Assembly (NCBI GenBank): GCA_963803805.1
Contig: CAWDOD010000011.1
Location: 672,001-736,000 of the forward strand
From: an uncultured cyanobacterium
GTDB taxonomy: Bacteria > Cyanobacteriota > Cyanobacteriia > Cyanobacteriales > CAWCAG01
Direction of reading: 5' to 3'
Length of the DNA stretch: 64,000 nucleotides
The position numbers and the translations under genes are program-made. Positions within the stretch are counted from its first letter, which is position 1; each line of letters opens with the position of its first letter. The notes beneath the pieces were generated by a model. The model ran no database searches and was not told the origin of the DNA. It was given only the letters and a program-made list of their open reading frames with translations. This document shows positions 56,079 to 64,000 of this stretch, one piece after another.

Positions 56079-56483
56079 TTACAGTCTAGGTAGCTTGTAA
56101 CCTCGCCAACGAAGCAAAACAGCAGCTTGAGCTTTTAATAACATGAAAAGATCCGCTTCTTGCCGTAGTTTTTGTAGTTCTAATTTTTCTGCTGGTGTTA
56201 AAGTTTCGCTTTGATTCTTCTCCAACAAAAGATTATACCTTCCCATCTCAGCATTTGTTTTCTGGCTTCTAGCAATTTCCCAAAGGCTATCATCATCTAA
56301 CTTATCTAAGGCAGCAAGTGCGGTTTGAAACTCATCAGGTACATTATCCCATGCAGGAGGGCTACCTACTTTTAAGGCCCTTAGTACAATCTCTTCTAAA
56401 GGACGTTGGGTTGCTTGGGCTGTGTTTACTAGCCGTTGGTAAAGTAGTTGAGGAATTTCTAAGGTAAGAGTTGCAGTTGACAT
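56079..56483 (-). CDS. Hypothetical protein with RHH-like N-terminus, candidate partner of the HNH nuclease
   Basis: LTLEIPQLLYQRL...LEEIVLRAL; ends 5 nt before the HNH start. Confidence 0.75.
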   Translation of the reverse strand: MSTATLTLEIPQLLYQRLVNTAQATQRPLEEIVLRALKVGSPPAWDNVPDEFQTALAALDKLDDDSLWEIARSQKTNAEMGRYNLLLEKNQSETLTPAEKLELQKLRQEADLFMLLKAQAAVLLRWRGYKLPRL

Positions 56484-56588
56484 AGAGTTTTTGTTTGTTC
56501 ATGATATACGAGTTTTTATTGATGATAGTTTCAGGGGTTTTGTGAAACATTGAGAGACTGAGTTTTCCTGTGATCGCGACCCTAAACT

Positions 56589-57539
56589 TCATGCTTTGTA
56601 ATACTTGCTGCTAAATCCTACTGACAGTGGTGCGCCATCATACTGACAAGATACACCTATCTTCAATTTTCTTTTGTGGTCATAGTAAGTATGAAAGTGT
56701 GTCTGTTTACGGACTAGTTCTAGTTCAGATGGATTTATGCTTAAGACTCCTAAAATTGCCTCCGAATCAAATGGCAGACTCTGACTCCAAGGCGCAGTCT
56801 TTTTTAGTTCAATATCTACATAGCTAATAAAATTTCCTTCTGCTTCTAACAGCATATGAGCTTGCTCGGAGTCGACAATAATGTTACCTACTTGATTAGG
56901 TTTACATCCGACGACTCTTGCTACATCTGCAATAGACATTCCAATATACTGAAAAGGACGGTGGAAGGGTGTGCTTAATATATGTAATCCAGAACCGATA
57001 GCTCTATGTATAGCACCTGCAAGTGTTAATGTACCAAGATAATCACCATTTTGAGGCATAGCAGATGCCTGTGAATTGACGATTGAAACTAGTTTAGGGG
57101 GTAAGGTGTTTGTATCTTGCTCAAAAATATTTTGAACAGGAACTGAAATTGAAACAGTTCGTTGTCCTTGCCACTCTTTACTGAGTGAACTAAGAAAATC
57201 TTGCGGAAAAGACCAATAAAATAGCTTCTTTTGACAATCAGCAATGATTAGAAATGTTGGATTTGACTGAAGTAACCAATAATTGAGAGTTTTTACTTCA
57301 ATGGGAACTTTAATTGAATTACTTTCTAATTCAGTTTCTTCCTTACCTTTGCATTGAATATTAAACAGCTTTCCAGTTGGATGTTCTTCTTGCATAACTT
57401 CACAGATGAAGTCAATACCAAAGTCTTTATCTTGAGGAACAGGAATAACATTACAAAATTTTGTAAAAACAGAACTGAAAAGTTCAGCAGCAGTTACACC
57501 GATCCTTTGAGATTTAGTACGTTTAGGTAACTTAGCCAT
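56589..57539 (-). CDS. DUF4365-like PD-(D/E)xK domain protein with unknown C-terminal domain
   Basis: DFGIDFICEV...FNIQCKG...TLNYW; ATG 57539 preferred as start. Confidence 0.75.
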   Translation of the reverse strand: MAKLPKRTKSQRIGVTAAELFSSVFTKFCNVIPVPQDKDFGIDFICEVMQEEHPTGKLFNIQCKGKEETELESNSIKVPIEVKTLNYWLLQSNPTFLIIADCQKKLFYWSFPQDFLSSLSKEWQGQRTVSISVPVQNIFEQDTNTLPPKLVSIVNSQASAMPQNGDYLGTLTLAGAIHRAIGSGLHILSTPFHRPFQYIGMSIADVARVVGCKPNQVGNIIVDSEQAHMLLEAEGNFISYVDIELKKTAPWSQSLPFDSEAILGVLSINPSELELVRKQTHFHTYYDHKRKLKIGVSCQYDGAPLSVGFSSKYYKA

Positions 57540-57620
57540 CACAATACTTGATCGCAATCTTCTTTACCTTAAATATTCTAAACTAGATAAAGCCAGCACC
57601 AAATCAAAGAGGAAACCAAC

Positions 57621-60251
57621 GTGGTAGTTGCAATCGAGGAAATTTTAACCCCGGAAATTAATAAACCGGCGCGTTACCTGGGTAATGAATTAGGTGCAGT
57701 ACGCAAACCTTGGGCTGATGCCCAGGTGCGTTGGGTTTTGACTTATCCAGAAATATATGAAGTGGGGGCCTCTAATTTAGGGCATATCATCCTTTACAAC
57801 GTTTTGAATGCCCAACCTCAACAACTATGCGATCGCTCCTATTTACCTGCCCCTGATTTAGCAGCGAAGTTAAGAGAGACACAAACTCCTTTATTTGCCT
57901 TAGAATCTCGCCGTTCCCTCGTAGATTTTGATATCTTAGGTTTTAGTCTTAGTTATGAGTTGGGGGCAACTAATATCCTGGAGATGTTGGATTTAGCTGG
58001 TATTCCCCTTACTTGGCGAGAAAGGGAAGCAGGAGATTATCCCCTCATTTTCGCTGGGGGGCAAACCGCCACATCTAACCCTGAACCCTATGCTGACTTT
58101 TTCGATTTTGTGGCATTAGGGGATGGAGAAGAGTTACTACCGGAAATTGGTTTAGTGATTCAAGAAGCTAAAGTTGCTGGTTTAAGCAAAGAAGAATTAC
58201 TTTTAGATTTAGCACAAGTTCCTGGGGTTTATGTACCTCGCTTTTACAATGCAGCAGCAGATGGTTCAGTACATCCCAACCATCCAGACGTACCAAAGCG
58301 AATATTGCGCCGGGTAGCTACCCCTATTCCTGCTTATTCTATCGGTTTGGTTCCCTACGTTCAAACCGTTCATGATCGCTTAACCGTAGAAATAAGAAGG
58401 GGTTGCACCCGTGGTTGTCGCTTTTGTCAACCGGGAATGCTAACTCGCCCTGCTACGGATGTAGAACCAGCTAAGGTGGTGGATGCCATTGAAAAAGGAA
58501 TGCAAGCTACTGGTTATAATGAGTTTTCCCTCCTTTCTTTAAGTTGTTCTGACTATCTTTCCTTACCTGCTGTAGGCATGGAAGTGAGGAATCGCCTCAA
58601 AGATGAGAATATTTCCCTTTCCCTTCCTAGTCAAAGGGTTGATCGCTTTGATGAAAACATTGCTAAAATTATCGGTGGTACTCGCAAATCCGGGTTAACC
58701 TTTGCCCCGGAAGCAGGAACCCAACGACTACGGGATGTGATTAACAAAGGACTTACCAATGAAGAACTATTGCGGGGGGTAAAAACCGCTTTTGAACAGG
58801 GTTGGGACAAAATCAAACTCTACTTTATGATTGGTTTGCCAGGGGAAACCGATGCCGATGTTATTGGTATAGCCGAAACTATTCGCTGGTTGCGTCAAGA
58901 ATGTCGCCTCAAAGGTAGAAAAAGATTAGATTTTAATATCACCATCTCCAACTTCACCCCGAAACCCCATACACCCTTTCAATGGCACTCGGTATCAACC
59001 TCAGAATTTAGCCGCAAGCAACAGTTACTCAAAGCAGAATTTCGTCATCTTAAAGGAGTTAAGGTTAACTATACAGACACCCGCATCTCTGCAATGGAAG
59101 ACTTTGTGGGGAGGGGCGATCGCAACCTTGCTGCGGTGATAAAAAGGGCTTGGGAATTGGGGGCGGGGATGGACTCTTGGTGGGAAAACCTAGACAAAGC
59201 CTTTCAAGCTTGGGAAAAGGCGATCGCAGATGCAGGTTTAACCTGGAAATACCGCCAGGTGACAGAGGGGGAGTGGAATGTCATGGAAAGTGATAACGAG
59301 GAAGTGGCAAGTAAAGGTCGTCGCCAGGAGTATAATTGGGATGAAAGGTTAAACATAAGATTACCTTGGGATCATTTAGATACAGGTATTGATAAAGAGT
59401 GGCTTAAAGCTGACTTACAACGGGCTTTAGAAGCAACTATTGTACCTGATTGTTCTTATGAAGGTTGTTCTCAATGTGGCATCTGTGGTACAGATTTTGG
59501 TCATAATATTGTCGCGGAAGTGCCGCCGATTCCGGAATTTGATGGAGAATTTAAACCTAATCAAAAGCGGGTACAAAGGTTAAGAATTTGGTTTGGTAAA
59601 CAGGGGGAAATGGCATTAGTTAGTCATTTAGATTTAGTACGGCTATTTGATCGGGCTATACGTCGTGCTTCTCTGCCCATTTCCTTTACCGGAGGCTACC
59701 ATCCAGGGCCAAGAATTTCTATTGCTAGTGCTTTATCATTAGGGGCAACTAGTAGCGGGGAAATTGTGGATTTTGAATTAACTGAAGCCATGGATATTAA
59801 GACTTTCCAGTCAAGATTAGCGGCTCAGTTACCTAAAGATATTACCATTTTTCGTAGTGAAGAAATTGCTATCAAGTCCCTTTCAGCTAATCGTTTATTA
59901 GAAAAAGCAGAGTATTTTCTTACCATTGCAACGACAGAAACAGTATCTCTAGAAACCTGGCAACAATGGTTAGATGAAATTAAACAAAGTCAAGAAATTA
60001 GCTGGGAGAAACTTACTAAATCCGGCAAGAAGAAAGTAATTAATTTGCGCGCTCGCCTTTTTGAATTAGAGTTAATGTCTCAATCTCCAGAAAATCGTCA
60101 AGTGCAACTACGTTACATTGGTAGCTATCGTAACGACGGCACTCTTTTACAGCCAGAACATTTTATCTATATGTTAGAAGCAGTCACAAAGCAAGAGTTT
60201 CAACTTTTAAAGGTTCATCGCCAGCAATTGATATTAGCCCAAGAATGTTGA
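57621..60251 (+). CDS. B12-binding radical SAM protein (TIGR03960-like) fused to a TIGR03936/DUF2344-like domain
   Basis: KPARYLGNE, GCTRGCRFC, TFAPEAG; C-terminal SHLDL...GYHPGPR. Confidence 0.9.
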   Translation: MVVAIEEILTPEINKPARYLGNELGAVRKPWADAQVRWVLTYPEIYEVGASNLGHIILYNVLNAQPQQLCDRSYLPAPDLAAKLRETQTPLFALESRRSLVDFDILGFSLSYELGATNILEMLDLAGIPLTWREREAGDYPLIFAGGQTATSNPEPYADFFDFVALGDGEELLPEIGLVIQEAKVAGLSKEELLLDLAQVPGVYVPRFYNAAADGSVHPNHPDVPKRILRRVATPIPAYSIGLVPYVQTVHDRLTVEIRRGCTRGCRFCQPGMLTRPATDVEPAKVVDAIEKGMQATGYNEFSLLSLSCSDYLSLPAVGMEVRNRLKDENISLSLPSQRVDRFDENIAKIIGGTRKSGLTFAPEAGTQRLRDVINKGLTNEELLRGVKTAFEQGWDKIKLYFMIGLPGETDADVIGIAETIRWLRQECRLKGRKRLDFNITISNFTPKPHTPFQWHSVSTSEFSRKQQLLKAEFRHLKGVKVNYTDTRISAMEDFVGRGDRNLAAVIKRAWELGAGMDSWWENLDKAFQAWEKAIADAGLTWKYRQVTEGEWNVMESDNEEVASKGRRQEYNWDERLNIRLPWDHLDTGIDKEWLKADLQRALEATIVPDCSYEGCSQCGICGTDFGHNIVAEVPPIPEFDGEFKPNQKRVQRLRIWFGKQGEMALVSHLDLVRLFDRAIRRASLPISFTGGYHPGPRISIASALSLGATSSGEIVDFELTEAMDIKTFQSRLAAQLPKDITIFRSEEIAIKSLSANRLLEKAEYFLTIATTETVSLETWQQWLDEIKQSQEISWEKLTKSGKKKVINLRARLFELELMSQSPENRQVQLRYIGSYRNDGTLLQPEHFIYMLEAVTKQEFQLLKVHRQQLILAQEC

Positions 60252-60495
60252 ATTGCTCTTTTATTGCTTGTTGTTGGGCTGTCCTTTACCGGTTTTTACT
60301 ATGAGGTTGATAGGAGCGAATTATTTTTGCACTTTTAAGGTTGCGATCGCGAGAGATTAATCTTGCAACAAACCATCTCTTAATTTAATCAGGACGCACT
60401 AACTAAGTAATAGGTGGTAATTAATGATATTATGCTCAAGTGTTATTAGCAATTAACTAGAAAAAACTCATTTGTGCAGTTATCAGGAATTAAAG

Positions 60496-61065
60496 ATGTC
60501 TACAATTAGAAACAGGGGTAGAATTAAAGTTAGAAAATCTTTAAGAAAGCCTAACAACAAAATTATTTTAACTCCTGAAGGGGTTGACTTATTAACACAA
60601 ATAGCCACTAATTATCATCTATCTAAGTCTGAATTGGTTGAGTACTTAGCTAGAGGTTCTCTTGCTGTGGTTAATCCGGCTGCGAAACTAACCATTAATT
60701 TGGGAGAATCGAATCAGGTTATACAAAAAGAGACGGTGTCTTCAGAAACTAATGAGCTATTAGAAAAGCGTTTAGAAGAGAAAGATGAGCAAATTCGGGA
60801 ATTGCAGCAGCACCAAAACTATCAAGAAATAAAAAGTGATTCTTGCCTACAACTCAAAATTGAGGAGTTAGAGCAAGAAGTCCTTATTAAACAAGAGCAA
60901 ATAGAAAAGCTAGAGAAGGAATTTTCTCAGCTAGAAGCTGAAGAAGAAGAGATAATTAAACCAGAAATAGATTGGTTAGCTATAACGGCTCTGTTACTAG
61001 CTTTAACGATGATCTTGGCTCTATTTATAAGCCATTATTACTTTGGTGCTATTACTCCAAGCTAA
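60496..61065 (+). CDS. Hypothetical protein: RHH-like domain, coiled coil and C-terminal TM helix
   Basis: ILTPEGVDLL..IA....LSKSELVEYLARG; E/Q-rich heptads; WLAITALLLALTMILALFI. Confidence 0.7.
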   Translation: MSTIRNRGRIKVRKSLRKPNNKIILTPEGVDLLTQIATNYHLSKSELVEYLARGSLAVVNPAAKLTINLGESNQVIQKETVSSETNELLEKRLEEKDEQIRELQQHQNYQEIKSDSCLQLKIEELEQEVLIKQEQIEKLEKEFSQLEAEEEEIIKPEIDWLAITALLLALTMILALFISHYYFGAITPS

Positions 61066-61072
61066 CAAAAGG

Positions 61073-61116
61073 TGGTGAATTTTGAGTTAGCATTCAGCTA
61101 AACTCAAAATTCACCA
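61073..61116. terminator. Long hairpin between converging genes
   Basis: TGGTGAATTTTGAGTT...AACTCAAAATTCACCA. Confidence 0.6.
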
Positions 61117-61136
61117 AAGAAAAATATTATTAATTA

Positions 61137-61247
61137 GAGAACTCCAATAAATAAAATATCCTCGCCAAGTATAAGATTTTAGCAACTAGCAACTAGCAAC
61201 TAGCCATTAGCTTATCGCTTTTGGATAAGTCTTTTTTTGGCTCTCTC
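61137..61247 (-). mobile_element. 111-bp MITE-like dispersed repeat, copy 2
   Basis: Reverse complement matches 796-906 with 5 mismatches; flanked by TAA...TAA on the minus strand. Confidence 0.75.
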
Positions 61248-61952
61248 TTACTTAACTGTCGGAGTCAATAGGGTTACTTTACTACTATCAACCATAATTG
61301 TCCAAAAACCGCGATCGCTTAAATTTTTCAACATAGCATTTGCTTCACTTTCGCTAGTAGTATGAATAGCAATCAAATAAGGGCGAGCTAGGTAAGAAAC
61401 TAAACCGATTTCTTTACTTAATAGCTGTTGTAATTGGTTTGCTATTTCCGGCTGATTTACGTAGTCGATTAAAATAGCATAACCTGTACCTAAAGCTTGA
61501 GGATTATAGCTAGGAAGATTATTAGTTTGAGGAAGAGCTACAGAGATGGTTTCCGAAGTGTTAGGTAGCCCTTGAGTAATTATAGGAGGAGGTTCAGAAA
61601 CCACTTCTAAAGGTAGTGTTTGAGAACTTTCTACAATCACTGCCGTTAAATCTAAGTTTTCTTGAAAGTATTGCCCCCATTCCTCGGCATCTTCCCGGTT
61701 AATAAAACTACCAATATGAGTAACACTCTTGCCTAAATAGTCACAAAAAGAAACTTCTATATCATTAGGTATAGCTTGAAGAACTTTTGCCCTTTTATCC
61801 TCAGTTTCTGTAACTATTAGCAATACATATTCATTATTTTCAGGAACAACACAACTCAACAAAGTAGATTGAGCTACCGAAGGAGTAGCTAGAGTAACAG
61901 GTAATAGGTAACAGGTAATAGGTAATAGGTAATAGGTAATATTAGTTCGCAC
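61248..61952 (-). CDS. Secreted hypothetical protein with two possible SPOR-like segments
   Basis: Signal peptide ending SVA-Q; IGSFINREDAE and YNPQALGTGYAILIDY motifs. Confidence 0.7.
   Translation of the reverse strand: MRTNITYYLLPITCYLLPVTLATPSVAQSTLLSCVVPENNEYVLLIVTETEDKRAKVLQAIPNDIEVSFCDYLGKSVTHIGSFINREDAEEWGQYFQENLDLTAVIVESSQTLPLEVVSEPPPIITQGLPNTSETISVALPQTNNLPSYNPQALGTGYAILIDYVNQPEIANQLQQLLSKEIGLVSYLARPYLIAIHTTSESEANAMLKNLSDRGFWTIMVDSSKVTLLTPTVK
61894..61941. repeat. (GTAAYAG)~7 heptamer tandem repeat inside a coding region
   Basis: GTAACAG GTAATAG GTAACAG GTAATAG GTAATAG GTAATAG GTAATA. Confidence 0.92.
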
Positions 61953-62143
61953 AGTTATTTCATGGGGTTGGGTGGGGTAAACTAAATTAGCAGATAAGCC
62001 ACTATTACGAATAGTTAACTCGACCTATGGCTAGGCTTTTATGTCCTGAAGGAACTTAAGGAGCCATATATTCCGTCAATATTCAGTAACACTCGTTACT
62101 AAGTTAAGCTGGAATAAAGCAGGTGCGCTTCAAGGAAAAAGCT

Positions 62144-64000
62144 ATGGTAGTTCCTATTTCAATTGTTATTACTACTTATAATCGAGAAAAGTTTCTCGGA
62201 TTTGCCATAGAGAGTATTTTAAGGCAAACCTGGCTAGATTTCGAGCTATTGATTTGGGATGATGGTTCTACCGATAATTCCCTGGCTGTTGCTCAAAACT
62301 ATGCCCAAGAAGATCAACGAATTCGGGTAATTGCCGCAGAACATCAAGGTAGAATACTCGCTTTAAAAGGTGCGATCGCCCAAACTCAGGGGCAATATCT
62401 AGCTTGGGTAGATAGTGATGATCTTCTTGCACCGACGGCTTTAGAAGAGACTTTAGTTGTCTTAGAAGCTAATTCTGACACAGGTATGGTGTATACCGAT
62501 TATTGGGATCTTCATGACAATGGTAAAGTACTTGGTTATGGTCAGCGAACTAAGGTTGCTTATTCTCCTCATCAACTGCTAACTAATTTTATGACCTTTC
62601 ACTTCCGGTTGATACGTCGTACTGTTTTTGAGGAAGTGGGAGGTATTGATAGCCAATCTTTATATACAGAAGATTATGATCTTTGTTTACGGCTTTCTGA
62701 AGCAACAGAAATTAAACATTTAGCCAAACCTCTCTATTATTATCGCAGCAACCCAGAGAGCTTTTCTTACCAAAAAAGAGCCGAACAAATTTATGCTAGC
62801 TATGGGGCAACTTTAAGGGCATTAAAACGAAGAGGACTTAGCGATCGCTACGAGGCAGTTGTTAAAACCAAAGGTTTTGGTTGCAAGATGGAAGCTTGGT
62901 TAGGTTTACGCCCTCTCAAAAATCTTGCAACGAGGTTTTTAAATTTACCCATCAAGTTTTTAAAAACTAATGCAGGTTTGAGTTTTTTCCCCACCTTAGT
63001 CACAACTCTATGTTTAATCCCTACCTTAAACGCCCAGGCACAAACCATTAATTCCGCCAGTGATGGTACAGGAACTATTGTTAACCAAACTGGCAATCAG
63101 TTTAATATCCAAGGGGGAAGCTTATCAGGAAATGGGGGCAATCTATTTCACAGTTTCCAAGACTTTGGGCTTTCTGCATCCCAAACTGCCAACTTCCTTT
63201 CTCAACCTGGCATTAATAATATTTTAGGTCGAGTTGTCGGGGGCAATGCTTCGGTAATTAATGGCTTAATTCAAATAACAGGAAGCAATGCCAACCTCTT
63301 TTTAATGAATCCCGCAGGTATGGTTTTTGGTAGCAATGCCCAATTAAATATTCCTGGTTCCTTTACCGCTACCACCGCTACAGGTATAGGTTTTGAAGGA
63401 GGAACTTTTAACAGCGTCGGCACAAGCGATTATAACTCTTTAGTAGGTAATCCTAATGCTTTTGTCTTCAACAGCTTACAACCGGGGGCAATTATTAATG
63501 CAGGGGATTTAGCCGTTACAACGGGTAACAACCTTTCCTTGATTGGCGGTACTGTTGCTAGTACAGGAACATTACAAGCCCAGGGGGGTAACATTACCAT
63601 TAGTGCTGTACCCGGAAGTACTAGGGTAAGAATTAACCAAGCTGGACATATTTTAAGCTTAGAAATTGAACCACCTACTAACGCTCAAGGTGATCCTCTG
63701 CCCATTGTCCCTTTAATGTTACCGGAATTGTTAACAGGAAGTGATGTGGGGGATACAGGCTTAGAAGTTAACCCTCAAGGAGAAGCACGCTTAAGAAACT
63801 CTGACACTACCGTAGGAGTAGGAGACGTGGCAGCAAATCAGTTAACCGCAGAAAGTGCCACCTTAACAGCAGCGAGTAACTTAACTTTAGTTGAAAGCAA
63901 CTTACAAACTACAGGGGATTTAAACCTCAAAGCAAAAGATACTGTTTATGCGAGGGATAGCGCCAACGCGCCTTTACAAATAAAAGCAGGGGGCAATCTC
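62144..64000 (+). CDS. GT2 glycosyltransferase fused to a filamentous-haemagglutinin (TPS) domain protein; 3' end beyond the window
   Basis: Manual translation, 619 codons without a stop: [24 protein letters not shown]; then ...[27 protein letters not shown]. Confidence 0.9.
   Translation, partial: MVVPISIVITTYNREKFLGFAIESILRQTWLDFELLIWDDGSTDNSLAVAQNYAQEDQRIRVIAAEHQGRILALKGAIAQTQGQYLAWVDSDDLLAPTALEETLVVLEANSDTGMVYTDYWDLHDNGKVLGYGQRTKVAYSPHQLLTNFMTFHFRLIRRTVFEEVGGIDSQSLYTEDYDLCLRLSEATEIKHLAKPLYYYRSNPESFSYQKRAEQIYASYGATLRALKRRGLSDRYEAVVKTKGFGCKMEAWLGLRPLKNLATRFLNLPIKFLKTNAGLSFFPTLVTTLCLIPTLNAQAQTINSASDGTGTIVNQTGNQFNIQGGSLSGNGGNLFHSFQDFGLSASQTANFLSQPGINNILGRVVGGNASVINGLIQITGSNANLFLMNPAGMVFGSNAQLNIPGSFTATTATGIGFEGGTFNSVGTSDYNSLVGNPNAFVFNSLQPGAIINAGDLAVTTGNNLSLIGGTVASTGTLQAQGGNITISAVPGSTRVRINQAGHILSLEIEPPTNAQGDPLPIVPLMLPELLTGSDVGDTGLEVNPQGEARLRNSDTTVGVGDVAANQLTAESATLTAASNLTLVESNLQTTGDLNLKAKDTVYARDSANAPLQIKAGGNL

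Noticed and set aside
62848-63096. 82-aa minus-strand ORF
   Set aside because: It is the antisense shadow of the GT2-TPS fusion on the plus strand.

Overview
A 64-kb chromosomal window from a cyanobacterium, shown by abundant HIP1 octamers (GCGATCGC) and by psbA, psbV, petE, apcE and the cyanobacterial atp1-a-c-b'-b-delta-alpha-gamma operon. Most of it is core genome: codA, a sensor adenylate cyclase, birA/pgeF, hisIE, three-gene pnt, cobA/cbiX, hemB/zur-like, rpmG-rpsR-RNase II and a B12 radical SAM gene. I saw no rRNA, tRNA, CRISPR array, integrase or transposase. Reading the sequence directly gave several things the ORF track misses. (1) An ORF of at least 619 codons (62144 to the window end) fuses a GT2 glycosyltransferase, an internal signal peptide and a filamentous-haemagglutinin/TPS domain. 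(2) A ~3-kb nuclease-rich accessory island (54519-57555) contains a start-less gene remnant and HIP1-derived sites at gene boundaries, one carrying a 21-nt SDR5-like insert. (3) Two similar ~60-aa proteins each lie downstream of a CRP-like box. (4) Two 111-bp MITE-like copies sit 60 kb apart, both directly behind stop codons. (5) A perfect 33-bp inverted repeat brackets cobA-cbiX. (6) Single-base indels in cobA, atpH and a pentapeptide-repeat gene are most likely assembly errors. All family assignments come from motif recognition and recall; no database search was run.
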